A stretch of DNA of 64,000 bases from Spirochaetia bacterium (GCA_965203905.1 CBDBDQ010000005.1:1568001-1632000); one strand, 5' to 3'. Counted from the first letter of the stretch, positions 30,704 through 41,242 are shown. Notes: generated by a model from the letters alone, not told the origin. Program-made: numbers and translations.

Positions 30704-31819
30704 TCAGAAGCGATAGACGCGCGGTACGCGGGCGGCAACCCGGCTGGTAATCTCGTACGGAATCGTGGTCGCCGCGGCGGCCAGTTCGGCGGCGTCGGGG
30801 CCGGCGCGATCGGGTCCGAACAGCACCGCCCGGTCGTAGCGGGCGACCTCGGGACGTGGTCCCAGGTCCACCAGGCACTGGTCCATGCAGATCCGCCCCA
30901 CTACCGGGTAGCGGCGGCCGCGAATCAGCACCTCGGCGCGTCCCGAGAGGATCCGCGGATAGCCGTCCGCGTAGCCCACCGGCAGGGTGGCGATCAGCGT
31001 GGCGGCGGAAGTGCGGTAGGTCAGTCCGTAGGACAGGCCGGTACCGGCGGGGACTCGCTTCAGGAATACCACGCGGGTGGCCAGTTCCATCACCGGCCGC
31101 ACCGGGACGGTACGCCGCTGGTGCTCGCCGGGGTAGTAGCCATAGGCGATGATACCGGGTCGTACCAGGTCCAGGTGCGCCGCGGGCAGACCGACGACCG
31201 CCCCCGAATTGGCGGCATGACGTACCAGTCGCTGGTGGTCCGGGATCGCCGCGACGGCCCGGTTGAAGGCCGCAAGTTGAGTGCGGGTGAATTCCTGGTC
31301 CGCCTGGTCGGCGAGTGCAAAGTGGGTGCACACCCCGGTCAGCCGCAGCGCCGGGTGCCGGCGCAACTCCTGCGCCAGCTCCGCCGCGGCGTCCGGCGTA
31401 CAGCCGATGCGCCCCATGCCGGTGTCGAGTTTCAGGTGTACCGCCACGGTGCGTCCGGCGCCGGCCGCGGCGCGTGCCAGATCGCGGCCCAGGGCGGCAT
31501 CCGCGCACAGGGCCGTGAGGCGCGCACGGACGATCTCGGCCGCTTCCTCCGGCAGCGGCAGGCTGAACAGCAGGATCGGTGCGCTTATGCCCGCGTCGCG
31601 CAACTCCACCCCCTCCGCCACGGTGGCCACGCCGAAGGCGCTCACGCCGGCCTGCAGCGCCGCCCGCGCCACGGGCACCGCACCGTGGCCGTAGGCCGCC
31701 GCCTTGACCGCGAGACAGATACGCACCCGGCGCCCGTCCTCCGCGGTCAGGGAGCGCCGCACGGCGTGCAGGTTGGCGCGCAGCTGGCCCAGGTCGATGG
31801 TGGCGCGGGTCGCCCGCAT
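30704..31819 (-). CDS. alr: Alanine racemase
   Basis: AVKAAAYGHG, HLKLDTGMGRIG, THFA, HAANS, VRPG, GYADG, GRICMD, TIPYE. Confidence 0.96.
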   Translation of the reverse strand: MRATRATIDLGQLRANLHAVRRSLTAEDGRRVRICLAVKAAAYGHGAVPVARAALQAGVSAFGVATVAEGVELRDAGISAPILLFSLPLPEEAAEIVRARLTALCADAALGRDLARAAAGAGRTVAVHLKLDTGMGRIGCTPDAAAELAQELRRHPALRLTGVCTHFALADQADQEFTRTQLAAFNRAVAAIPDHQRLVRHAANSGAVVGLPAAHLDLVRPGIIAYGYYPGEHQRRTVPVRPVMELATRVVFLKRVPAGTGLSYGLTYRTSAATLIATLPVGYADGYPRILSGRAEVLIRGRRYPVVGRICMDQCLVDLGPRPEVARYDRAVLFGPDRAGPDAAELAAAATTIPYEITSRVAARVPRVYRF

Positions 31820-31827
31820 GGCGCCTC

Positions 31828-32787
31828 CTACCCGGCTCGGCGAGGGCTCGCGGCCCTGCGTCCGGGCGGCGCCGCGGCCAGCAACGCCGCGGGAAGTTGC
31901 GGCAACTCCGTGAGCACCAGCTCGGGCTGCAGCCCGGCGCAGGCGGGGTCATCGCGGCGCAGGCGCAGCGAGCGCGCGTCGCCGGCGAACAGGGCGCCAC
32001 GCAGGCCCGCCCGGCGTGCCGCCAGGATGTCGTTGCGCAGGTCGTTGCCGACCATCAGGAGCTGCTCCGGCCGGTGGCCGTGGTGCCGCGCCATGCGCTG
32101 TGCGGCGTGTGCGTACAGCCGGGTCGAGGGCTTCGCTTCCCCCAGCACGAACGACCACACCACCAGCTCCGGGTCGAGGCTGACCTGCGGCAGCAGCGCA
32201 GCCAGGACCAGCGGCGTGAAGAACTGGGCATTGGAGACGATTCCCACCGGCAGGTGCGCCTGTAGCGCGGCGATGACCCGCGCGGCGCCGGGCATCGGCC
32301 ACACCGGGTTGCTGCGGCACTCGTAGCTGACGGCCGCGCGCCCTGCGGCGGTGCCGCTGGCGGTGGGCAGCAGGCGGCGCCAGATGACCCGTAGATCCAC
32401 CTCGGGATGGGCAATTCCGCTGCCGGTGGCGGTCGCGTGGGCGACACGAATTGCGGCCTCCAGGTCGTGCACCAGCGCGGCCGCCGCCGGCGTGCGCGGG
32501 TCGTCGGCCAGGCCCGCGTCATCCAGGGCGGCACCCATTGCGGCGCGCTTCGCCTCGGGGCTGCCACCGTGGCCGATCTCCCCTGCCGCGGAGATGAGCA
32601 GCGTGCCGTAGACGTCGAACAGGACACCGCGGATGCCGGCGAGGCGACCGAGGCGTGCTGCGCCGCCGTCCTCGGGGGCCACCGGCTGCGGCGCCAGCGG
32701 TTGTGCCAGGCACCGAATGAGAGCAATCAGGCCGGCGTTCTCGGAAGGGTGGCGTCCGGCAGCGGTGCGCGGCAAAGAAGCGCTCAT
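31828..32787 (-). CDS. HAD family hydrolase
   Basis: FDVYGTL, VSNAQF, EAKPS, MVGNDLRNDI. Confidence 0.88.
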   Translation of the reverse strand: MSASLPRTAAGRHPSENAGLIALIRCLAQPLAPQPVAPEDGGAARLGRLAGIRGVLFDVYGTLLISAAGEIGHGGSPEAKRAAMGAALDDAGLADDPRTPAAAALVHDLEAAIRVAHATATGSGIAHPEVDLRVIWRRLLPTASGTAAGRAAVSYECRSNPVWPMPGAARVIAALQAHLPVGIVSNAQFFTPLVLAALLPQVSLDPELVVWSFVLGEAKPSTRLYAHAAQRMARHHGHRPEQLLMVGNDLRNDILAARRAGLRGALFAGDARSLRLRRDDPACAGLQPELVLTELPQLPAALLAAAPPGRRAASPRRAG

Positions 32788-32935
32788 GCAGCGACCTCGA
32801 TGGTAGCACGCCGATCCCGAGCCGTGAACGCCGGGGCTGAGGCGTGAACGCGGGTGCCTGCACGCCCTGTGGCACACGGCGACCGAGAGCACGCCCGGCG
32901 GCGAGTGCGCACGTGCTACGATGCCGCGCGGGAAC

Positions 32936-34675
32936 ATGGCCAAGCGCAAGAACCGCAGCAGCAGGCGTACCACGCCGCGCCACTCCCCGGCGCCCGCGCG
33001 AACCGGTTCGCGGCCGGGCCGATCCCGGCGGCGCGGCGCGACGGCACCACCGCGCGTGCCGGTGATGGACGTGCTGCTAGACAACCTGGTGCGCCCGCAC
33101 GTGGTGCAGGAGCCGCGCTGGAAGCTGCTCCCGCTGGTCCTCGCGCTGGCGTTCGCGGTGCGCGCGGCGGTGGCGCTGGCGGGCGACTTCGTCCTCCATC
33201 CCGACGAGATCATGCAGTACCTGGAGCCGGCTCATCGGCTGGCGTTCGGCAACGGCGTGATGTACTGGGAGTACTTCTACGGCGCGCGTTCGTGGCTGGT
33301 GCCCGGTCTGGTGGCCGGAGTGCTGAAGCTGTTCGACGCCGTCGGCCTGGGCGAGCCGCGGTGGTATGTCGACGGCGTCAAGCTGGTGTTCTGCGCGCTG
33401 TCGCTGGCGATTCCGGCGGGCATGTACCGTTTCGCCCGCCGCCACTTCAGCGAGACCGCGGCGCGGATGGCGCTGCTTGCGGGGACGCTGTGGTACGAAC
33501 TGGCAGGGTTCGCGCACAAGCCGCTGACCGAGTTCGTGGCCACCGTACCACTGATGGCGCTGCTGGCGCTGTGCGCGCGGCCGGCGGTCGACCGCCCGTG
33601 GGTGGTGTGTCGCGCGGCCCTGTTCGCCGTCCTGGTGGCGGCGATCAGGCTGCAGTACGCGCCGGTCGCCCTGGTGCTGCTCGGCATCGTGTTCCTGCGT
33701 ACGCGGTTGAAGCCGCTGCTTGCCGTGGTGGCGGCGGCGGGGTTCTGCGCCGTGGGCGTGTTCGATGCCCTGACCTGGGACGGCAACCTGTTCCACTCCT
33801 ACGTCACCAACCTGCGCTTCAACCTGATCCTGGGCGAGATGCGCACCGACGAGAGTCCCTGGTACCAGTTTCTGTGGTGGCTGACGCTCTCCGGCGGCGG
33901 GCTCAGCGCACTGTGCCTCGCCGGATCGTTGCGCTCCCCGCGCCGCTACGGGCTGCTGCTGGCGCTGATCGTCCTGGTGCTGCTGGCCCACACGCTGCAG
34001 GCACACAAGGAATACCGCTTCGTGTTCGCCGTAATTCCGCTGTGGCTGCTGCTCGGGGCGGACCTCGTGGTGCGCAGCGCCGCGTGGATCGCCGGGCGGC
34101 TGCCGGCACGACCCGGCCTGGCGCGCGGCACCAGCGCTCTGGCGGGCGTGCTGTTCGCGGCGGTGTCGCTGGCCGGCGTGCTGAATGCGCTGCCGCATCA
34201 GGAGCGGGTGTATCAGGCGTGGTCGCGGGAGACCGGCATCACCGGTTTCGTGCGCAACCAGGATCCGATCTTCGCCGTGTACCGCTACCTGTCCGAGGTT
34301 CCTGACGTCGGCGCGGTATGGCACGTCGACCGCCCCTACTTCAACCTGCCCGGCTACTACTACCTGCACCACGCGGTTCCGTTCTACGACGCCTACACCG
34401 GCGCCGGCATCAGCCGCGACCTGGCGATGGTCACCTCCTCGGTGAGCCACCTCGTGTCCGCGGACCGGGAGCTGGAGGTGCCCGGCTACTCCCTGGACCG
34501 GGAGTTCGGCGGTGTGCGCATTCTGCGCCGCGCTGCGCGCGAGCCGCCGGTGCGCCAATGGCGCGAGTACGCTCCGGTGATCGTGGACGAGCTGGTGCAA
34601 GGAATCATGGCGCAGGTCGCCGCGGAGCCGCCTGCGCCACCGGCAAACGCGGGCATCCGCTTCGCCGGGCGGTAG
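32936..34675 (+). CDS. GT22 (Alg9/PIG-B-like) polytopic membrane glycosyltransferase
   Basis: HPDEIMQYLEPAHRLAFG, WEY..GARSW, AHKEYRF; many TM segments. Confidence 0.75.
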   Translation: MAKRKNRSSRRTTPRHSPAPARTGSRPGRSRRRGATAPPRVPVMDVLLDNLVRPHVVQEPRWKLLPLVLALAFAVRAAVALAGDFVLHPDEIMQYLEPAHRLAFGNGVMYWEYFYGARSWLVPGLVAGVLKLFDAVGLGEPRWYVDGVKLVFCALSLAIPAGMYRFARRHFSETAARMALLAGTLWYELAGFAHKPLTEFVATVPLMALLALCARPAVDRPWVVCRAALFAVLVAAIRLQYAPVALVLLGIVFLRTRLKPLLAVVAAAGFCAVGVFDALTWDGNLFHSYVTNLRFNLILGEMRTDESPWYQFLWWLTLSGGGLSALCLAGSLRSPRRYGLLLALIVLVLLAHTLQAHKEYRFVFAVIPLWLLLGADLVVRSAAWIAGRLPARPGLARGTSALAGVLFAAVSLAGVLNALPHQERVYQAWSRETGITGFVRNQDPIFAVYRYLSEVPDVGAVWHVDRPYFNLPGYYYLHHAVPFYDAYTGAGISRDLAMVTSSVSHLVSADRELEVPGYSLDREFGGVRILRRAAREPPVRQWREYAPVIVDELVQGIMAQVAAEPPAPPANAGIRFAGR

Positions 34676-34716
34676 CGGCGGTAGCGGGCGGCGCAGGCCG
34701 CGTATAATCCCGAGCC

Positions 34717-35763
34717 GTGAGCGGTACTACCTTGCATCAGGGGCTGATCGTGCACGCGGATGGGCGCTTCGTCGCCGACCTGGAGGTGGGCGGTACGGTG
34801 GTGCGCGAGTTGCGCCTGCCGCAGTCGGCGGCCGCTGCCGGCGCCGGGTGGCGTGATCTCACCGGCAAGTTGGTGCTTCCCGGTCCGGTTGTGCTGCGTC
34901 GCACCGTGGCCGCGGGCGAGTGGGAGGCGGCGACGGGCGCCAACGGGCCGCCCGCCACCACGGTTGCCACCGTGCTGCGCGGCGGCGTCGCCACGGCGGC
35001 GGCGGCGGAACCGGCGCCGGTTGCGGTCGACGCAGTGCCGGTCCCGTTGCTGGCGGGCGTCGAGGGGGAGCTCGACGCGCTTCCCGAAGCGGTGTTCGGG
35101 AGCGGATGCGCGGCATTCGCGCTGGACGACGGCGCGTTCGAAGGAAGCAGCCTCGACCAGCTCGAAGTGCTGGTCCGTGTGCTCGGCCACTGCGGCGCGA
35201 CCCTGGTCGTGCTCAGCGACCGGAGGCGCACCATGGAGGCGGGACTCGGCGGGCTGCCGGCGCCGCTGGACGGGTGTCGGGTGCTGCTGGCTCCGGCCGG
35301 GGCCGCGGGCATGCGGCGAGCGGTAGCGGCCGCCCGCGGCAGCGGCGGACCGGGCAGCGGGGTCGCCGTGGCGGTGCCGGCCGAGCTGCTGCTGGATACG
35401 GGGGAAGCGGCTGCCGAGTGGTGGCTGGAAGTACGTGCCGGCGTTGTCGCCGCGGTGAGTGTCGGCACCGGGGTCGGAACGCAACTCGCGGCGCGCCTGT
35501 GGTGGGCGGGGGTGGCCACCGGCCGGGTGACCCTGGAAGAGCTGGCGGCGCTGCTGTGCCGCCAGCCGGCGTGGCTGTTCGGACTGCCCGCCAAGGGCCG
35601 CCTCCATCCCGGCTGCGATGCGGACCTGATGGTACTGGACCCCGAGGCCGAATCGACCGGCCACACGCGCGGCGCGGTCGTTCTGACGCTGCGCGGGGGC
35701 GCGGATGCCGCTGCCCGGCCAGGTCGCTGGATCGGCGCCACCCCGGTGCGGGAACCGATGTGA
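34717..35763 (+). CDS. Degenerate amidohydrolase (dihydroorotase/hydantoinase-like)
   Basis: DLTGKLVLPG and PAWLFGLPAKGRLHPGCDADLMVLDP are family ends; the HxH motif is absent; TATAAT 8 nt before the GTG. Confidence 0.6.
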   Translation: MSGTTLHQGLIVHADGRFVADLEVGGTVVRELRLPQSAAAAGAGWRDLTGKLVLPGPVVLRRTVAAGEWEAATGANGPPATTVATVLRGGVATAAAAEPAPVAVDAVPVPLLAGVEGELDALPEAVFGSGCAAFALDDGAFEGSSLDQLEVLVRVLGHCGATLVVLSDRRRTMEAGLGGLPAPLDGCRVLLAPAGAAGMRRAVAAARGSGGPGSGVAVAVPAELLLDTGEAAAEWWLEVRAGVVAAVSVGTGVGTQLAARLWWAGVATGRVTLEELAALLCRQPAWLFGLPAKGRLHPGCDADLMVLDPEAESTGHTRGAVVLTLRGGADAAARPGRWIGATPVREPM

Positions 35764-35781
35764 GTGGCGCGCTACGGTGGG

Positions 35782-36237
35782 CTACCGTTCCGGGCCCATG
35801 CGGCGCTTGAGGGACTCCAGCTCGGCGGCGGCGCGCTGCTCGGCGGACAAGCGATCGAAATCCTCCTTCAGCGTGTCATGGTCCCCGACCATCTCCTGGA
35901 GCTGGGCCAGCAGTTGCTCCGCGTCCACGGTTGCAGGGTCCGTGGCGCGGATGCGGCGAAGCTGGCGCTGCAGCACCTCCACCTGCGCCCGGAGCTCGGC
36001 CTCCTCCGCGGCGATCCGCCCGCAATCCTCCTGCGCGCGGCGCAACCGGTCGCGCGCCGCGTCCCGCAGCCGGTCGTCCCCGGCCGCCACCGCCCGCTGC
36101 ACCCGTTGTTCCCACGTACGGCGCTCGGTTTCCAGTTGCTGGCGCCGCTTGACGGTGAGCCGCAAGGTGGTCATGAACCTGTGAACGTACTCCCGCGCGG
36201 CGGCTGGGTCGAGGCCGCTGAGGTCGGTATCATCCAT
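35782..36237 (-). CDS. Coiled-coil protein, PspA-like
   Basis: WEQRVQRAVAAGDDRL..AA and C-terminal ELESLKRRM. Confidence 0.6.
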   Translation of the reverse strand: MDDTDLSGLDPAAAREYVHRFMTTLRLTVKRRQQLETERRTWEQRVQRAVAAGDDRLRDAARDRLRRAQEDCGRIAAEEAELRAQVEVLQRQLRRIRATDPATVDAEQLLAQLQEMVGDHDTLKEDFDRLSAEQRAAAELESLKRRMGPER

Positions 36238-36268
36238 GGCAACGCCATGATAGGAACGGGCCGCCGCT

Positions 36269-36934
36269 TTGGATAGCGCACGGTCGGCTGCCCATGCGCT
36301 GCTGCGTGACGGGCTGCGCCGCCTGGGCCTGGATGAGAACGGCGCCCTGGTTGGCGCACTGACCCGGTTCGCCGACCTGATCGACGCCGCCAACCCGGTC
36401 TATCGACTGGTCCGCGCGGACCTCCCGCGGCTGGTCACCCACCACCTGCTGGACAGCCTGGCGGCGGTACCGGCGTTGCGCCTGGTCGCCCGGCGCGCCA
36501 CCGTGCTCGATGTGGGCAGCGGTGCCGGCCTGCCCGGTGTTCCGCTGGCACTGGCACTGCCCGATTCGCGGGTCACCCTGCTGGAGCGGAGCGCTCGGCG
36601 CGTGGCATTTCTGCACCAGGTCCGGCGCGAACTGGCGCTGCGCGAGCTGAGCATCGTCGGCCGGCCGCTGGCGGAGGCGTCGCTGGCGCCGTTCGACGTG
36701 GTGACCTGGCGCGCCGTGGCGCCGCTGGCCCGGCTGCTGCCGGAGTTGCGGCCGGTGCTGCACCGCTGCTCCACGGTGGCGGTGTATCAAGGCACCGCCG
36801 ACACCGTGCGTCGTGAGCTGGCGGCGCTACGGGCACTCGCCGGCGCCGCGCCGCAGGTGCAGGTCGTCCCCCTCAGCGTCCCCTCGCTGGAGGCGCAGCG
36901 CCACCTCATCCTGCTCCGTGGAGTGCGACGGTGA
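36269..36934 (+). CDS. rsmG: 16S rRNA m7G527 methyltransferase
   Basis: HLLDSL, LDVGSGAGLPGVPLA, LLERSARRVAFL, FDVVTWRAV. Confidence 0.92.
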   Translation: MDSARSAAHALLRDGLRRLGLDENGALVGALTRFADLIDAANPVYRLVRADLPRLVTHHLLDSLAAVPALRLVARRATVLDVGSGAGLPGVPLALALPDSRVTLLERSARRVAFLHQVRRELALRELSIVGRPLAEASLAPFDVVTWRAVAPLARLLPELRPVLHRCSTVAVYQGTADTVRRELAALRALAGAAPQVQVVPLSVPSLEAQRHLILLRGVRR

Positions 36935-37755
36935 CCCTGAGCGTGTGGCAGTCGGCGCTGCTTGGCGCGCTCCAGGGGGCCACCGAGTTCCTGCCGGTCT
37001 CCAGCTCGGGGCACCTCGTGTTGCTGCGCGAGATGCTGGGGATGGGCGAGGTGCCCCTGCTGTTCGACGTGCTGCTGCACCTGTCGACCCTGGCCGCGGT
37101 GGGAGTGGTGTTCCGGCGCCGGCTCGCCGATCTGGTTGGCGCCGCCGGCGACTGGTTGCGACCGCCGGGGCGCCGCCGTGCGGGACGCGCCGCGGACCGG
37201 CGCCTGCTGCGGTTGCTGCTGCTGGCCTCCGCGGCGACCGCCGGCGTGGGCTTCTTGGTGCAGCGCCTGGGGGTCCCGCGGGAGCCACGCTTCGTGGCGC
37301 TCATGCTGCTGGCGACCGCCGTCCTCCTGGTCGCCGCCCGCGTTCTGAGGGGCGCGGCGCTGCCGCGCCCGCACTGGCGGCCACGCTGGCCGTGGGCGCT
37401 GCTGGTGGGCGTGGTGCAGGGCGTTGCGGTGCTGCCGGGCATCTCCCGCTCCGGCGCCACCATCGCCGCGGGGGTGGTCGCCGGCGCTGACCGGGAGACG
37501 GCGGCGGAGTTCTCGTTCCTGGCCGCGATACCGGCGATCGTCGGTGCGCTGGCGGTGTCGCTGCCCGAGGCTGCGGCGCTTGGAGCCGCGACCAGCGCCA
37601 CCGCCATCGCCAGCGGCCTGGTGGCCTCCTTCGCCGTGGGCTGGGTTGCCCTCAACCTCCTGCTGCGAATCGTACGCCGCGGCCGCCTGCACCTGTTCGC
37701 CCTGTACCTGGTCCCGGTCGGCCTGCTGGGATTGATCCTTCTGCCCCCCACCTGA
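36931..37755 (+). CDS. uppP: Undecaprenyl-diphosphatase
   Basis: QGATEFLPVSSSGHL, PGISRSGATI, AEFSFL. Confidence 0.95.
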   Translation: MTLSVWQSALLGALQGATEFLPVSSSGHLVLLREMLGMGEVPLLFDVLLHLSTLAAVGVVFRRRLADLVGAAGDWLRPPGRRRAGRAADRRLLRLLLLASAATAGVGFLVQRLGVPREPRFVALMLLATAVLLVAARVLRGAALPRPHWRPRWPWALLVGVVQGVAVLPGISRSGATIAAGVVAGADRETAAEFSFLAAIPAIVGALAVSLPEAAALGAATSATAIASGLVASFAVGWVALNLLLRIVRRGRLHLFALYLVPVGLLGLILLPPT

Positions 37756-37945
37756 CCGGGTTGCGCCGGCGCCGTTTCGGCGCATCAGCGACCCGAATTG
37801 GGTACGCTTCGGCAGCGATTGTGGGGGCGTCCGCCGCACGCGGAGGTGCGCGCTACTGCGTCCCGCGGGCTGCCGTGCCGATACTCTGGTATATGGTCAC
37901 CAGCCCCAGCAGGACCTCCGGCATGCCGGGGTGGGCGCCGGATCG

Positions 37946-40261
37946 ATGAGTAACCACGGTCACTCCGGTGGCCGCCACTTACGGAACAGGCTCTCGTGGC
38001 TGCCGCAACGGTGGGGGCTTCCCGGCAGCGGCCTGCAGCAGTGGTGTGCCGTCGCGTTGGCGGCTACCGGCACCTTCGCGCTCGCCTCGTTGATCCCGTT
38101 TCTAGCGGCCGGTCGTCCCACCACCGCACAGTTCCCGCTGAACGTGCTGTACGCCCCGGCGTGGTTCCTGTTCGACTCGTTCCTCTGGTTCGCGCTGCTG
38201 ATCCCCGCGCTGTGCTATGCCTACGTGTTCGTGCTGTTCAGCGAACGGGTAACCCGCGAAGTGCCGGCAGCCCTGGTCGCGGTGGGGTTGGTGCTGCCGG
38301 TGGTGAGCACCCTGGCGCACGTCGTGGCCGCCACGGACCGGGCACTGGCCGCGGTGGCGCTGGTGGCCGCCTTCGGCCGGGCGCCCGCTGCCATCCTGCT
38401 GATCCTGGTGCTCATTCTGGAAGGGGTCGCCGGGTTCGCGCTGCTGCAGCGCTGGAGGCGGAGCGATCAGCGGCCGCCGGTGCGAGCGGAATCGGCTTCG
38501 CTGCCGGCGCTTGCGGAACCGGTCGGCCAGGTACCCGCTGCCTGGCCACCTCCCGCGGCGGTCACGGCAAACGGCAGCGGTGGCGCCGCGGTGGACCTCA
38601 ACGGCACCGCGCATACCGAGCCTGCGGCGCCGGCGGAGGAGGACCCGGAAGCCGACTCCGATCCGCTGGAGGAGGGGCAGCACCAGTTACCGGATACGGC
38701 TGCCTCCGAGCAGGTGAACGGCTCGCCGACCTCCGCAGCCACCCCCGAGGCGCAGCAGCCGAAACCTCCTCCAACTCCTCCAGCGCCCGCCAAGCGCTCT
38801 GCGACGGGTGGCGGCCGCTCGCGGCCGCGCTCCTACCGCGTTCCACTGGAGATCCTCGACGCCTACGAACCCGAGGCGGCCTGGCAGGTGGACAACGACA
38901 CCCGCGAGGCGGCCTCCACCCTCATGGCCACGCTGGCGGAGTTCAAGATCGATGCCGAGGTCACGGGCATCCGGCGCGGGCCGGTGATCACCATGTTCGA
39001 GCTGTTGCCCGCTCCCGGAGTGAAGATCTCGCGCATCGTCAACCTGGCGGACAACATCGCGTTGCGGCTGGCAGCTTCGCGGGTGCGGATCGTGGCGCCG
39101 ATTCCAGGGAAGCACGCGGTGGGCATCGAAGTGCCCAACCGCCACCGCGCCGTGGTCTCGTTCCGCGAAATCGTGAGCCTGCCGCAGTTCAAGCCCGACC
39201 CCAAGGGGCTGCCCACCGGTGTTCCCATCGTGCTGGGAAAGGACATCACCGGCGAGGCACAGGTGTTCGATCTCACCGCGACGCCCCACCTGCTGATTGC
39301 CGGCGCTACCGGAGCGGGCAAGTCGGTACTGGTGAATGCCCTGATCTGCTCGGTGCTCTATTCGCGCACGCCCGAGCAGGTGCGGCTGCTGCTGATCGAC
39401 CCCAAGATCGTCGAGCTCAAGTTGTACAACGACGTGCCGCACCTGCTGACCCCGGTTATCACCGACCCCAAGAGGGCGTTTCAGGCCTTGCAGTACTGCT
39501 TGTACGAAATGGATCGCCGCTATGCCCTGCTGGACAATCTCGGGGTGCGCGACATCAACTCCTACAATCGCAGGCTGCTGGCGCGCGAGGAGCGGGTCAC
39601 CGCGGGGCCGCTGCCCTACCTGGTGATCGTGATCGACGAGTTCGCTGACCTGATGGCTACCACCGGCAAGGAACTGGAGTCCACCCTGGCACGGCTGGCG
39701 GCCATGGCGCGCGCCGTGGGCATCCACATCGTGCTCGCCACGCAGCGTCCGTCTATCGACGTGATCACGGGTCTGATCAAGGCCAACATACCCTCCCGCA
39801 TCGCCTTCATGGTGGCCAGCAAGTTCGACTCCCGCATCATCATCGACGCGGTGGGGGCGGAGAAGCTGCTCGGCCGCGGCGACATGCTGTTCGTGCCGGC
39901 CTGGGACGCCAACCCGATGCGCATCCAGGGGGCGCTGGTCTCGGAGGAGGAAGTGGAGCTGGTTGCCGAGAAGGTGCGCGAGCTGGGTGAACCCGACTAC
40001 ATCGACGAGGACCTGCTGTTCGATGACGAGGAGTCGGAGCTGGTGCTGGAGCCGGGCGGCAACGACCCGCTCATGGATCAGGCGCTCGAAGTGGTCGCCG
40101 GCGCCGGCAAGGCCTCCGCCTCCTACCTGCAGCGCAAGCTCAAGATCGGCTACAACCGGGCCGCGCGCCTGGTCGAGGAGATGGAGCAGCGCGGCATCGT
40201 CGGACCCGCCAACGGCAGCAAGCCGCGCGAGATCCTGAACTTGCCGAGCCGGAGCGAATAA
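37946..40261 (+). CDS. ftsK: DNA translocase FtsK
   Basis: N-terminal TMs, GPVIT, PHLLIAGATGAGKS, IDPK, IDEFADLM, ATQRPS, gamma domain LQRKLKIGYNRAAR. Confidence 0.97.
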   Translation: MSNHGHSGGRHLRNRLSWLPQRWGLPGSGLQQWCAVALAATGTFALASLIPFLAAGRPTTAQFPLNVLYAPAWFLFDSFLWFALLIPALCYAYVFVLFSERVTREVPAALVAVGLVLPVVSTLAHVVAATDRALAAVALVAAFGRAPAAILLILVLILEGVAGFALLQRWRRSDQRPPVRAESASLPALAEPVGQVPAAWPPPAAVTANGSGGAAVDLNGTAHTEPAAPAEEDPEADSDPLEEGQHQLPDTAASEQVNGSPTSAATPEAQQPKPPPTPPAPAKRSATGGGRSRPRSYRVPLEILDAYEPEAAWQVDNDTREAASTLMATLAEFKIDAEVTGIRRGPVITMFELLPAPGVKISRIVNLADNIALRLAASRVRIVAPIPGKHAVGIEVPNRHRAVVSFREIVSLPQFKPDPKGLPTGVPIVLGKDITGEAQVFDLTATPHLLIAGATGAGKSVLVNALICSVLYSRTPEQVRLLLIDPKIVELKLYNDVPHLLTPVITDPKRAFQALQYCLYEMDRRYALLDNLGVRDINSYNRRLLAREERVTAGPLPYLVIVIDEFADLMATTGKELESTLARLAAMARAVGIHIVLATQRPSIDVITGLIKANIPSRIAFMVASKFDSRIIIDAVGAEKLLGRGDMLFVPAWDANPMRIQGALVSEEEVELVAEKVRELGEPDYIDEDLLFDDEESELVLEPGGNDPLMDQALEVVAGAGKASASYLQRKLKIGYNRAARLVEEMEQRGIVGPANGSKPREILNLPSRSE

Positions 40262-40387
40262 CCCGACCGGCTGCGAAATCCCTCTGGACTTCTGGATTGT
40301 CCTCGGCCGGCAGACATGTCACTTTCGTCGTCATCGCCACCTCCGCTGCCGAAGAGATGCATAGATGCGATCGGGTAGGAGGCCCAC

Positions 40388-41086
40388 TCAGGTGACCGGC
40401 TTCATGGCGCCGACCGCGGCGGCGATGGCGGATGCCGCCATGGGGGTGGCGGTGATCTCCGTGTTGATCACCAGGTGGTAGAGGGCGACGTCGTTCCAGT
40501 CGACGTGATAGTTGCGGTGCACGAAGGCCGCCCGGCGCCGGTCGCTGAGACGCACCTGCTGCAAGGCGTCGCGGAAGCTCACCCCCTCCTCGGCCGCGAG
40601 ACGCTCCGCGCGCGCCTCCTCGGAGGCCACGATGCGAACCCGCACCACGCGTGGGTCGTCCCGAAGCACCACCATGCCGCCGCGGCCGACGATGATTACC
40701 TTGCCCCGCTCGCTCAGGCGGTGAATGGTCTGCTGAATCAGGCGGTGGTACTGTTGCCGGTCGAGGTAGTGCAGCTCCTCGCTGGTATCGGCGTCGACCG
40801 GCGGTACGAAGATCCCACCCGGACCGTGGTAGGACAGATCGACCAGTGAGGAGGAGGGCACGCTGGTCGCGCTCTCCATGGTGAACCAGCGACTCAGGAA
40901 CCCGCGGACGCCGGGCTCCTCCACTTCGTCGATCTCGGCCACTTCCTCTTCGTCGACGCGCGCCTGGTCGGCCACCTCGGTGATCAGCGCCTTGTCGACC
41001 ACGTCGTAGCCGAGCAGTTCCGCGGCGCGCAGGCAGATCGCGCGGGCGCCGCTGCCGAGTTGCCGGGAAATGGTTACCACTGCCAT
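40388..41086 (-). CDS. Cytidylate kinase-like family protein
   Basis: VVTISRQLGSG, IIVGRGG, DRRR, YHLVINT. Confidence 0.85.
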   Translation of the reverse strand: MAVVTISRQLGSGARAICLRAAELLGYDVVDKALITEVADQARVDEEEVAEIDEVEEPGVRGFLSRWFTMESATSVPSSSLVDLSYHGPGGIFVPPVDADTSEELHYLDRQQYHRLIQQTIHRLSERGKVIIVGRGGMVVLRDDPRVVRVRIVASEEARAERLAAEEGVSFRDALQQVRLSDRRRAAFVHRNYHVDWNDVALYHLVINTEITATPMAASAIAAAVGAMKPVT

Positions 41087-41168
41087 ATCGCCCTCCCGCG
41101 CGCCGCCGCTTGCACTGCCGCCACGTCGCGTCCGCGGACTCGGGTAGCGGTGATGGACAGCACGCTTC

Positions 41169-41242
<74 letters not shown>

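Noticed and set aside
40261-40377. Possible MITE (ACCCGACCG...CGATCGGGT) after ftsK
   Set aside because: Only an 8/9-bp inverted match, no clear target duplication and no second copy
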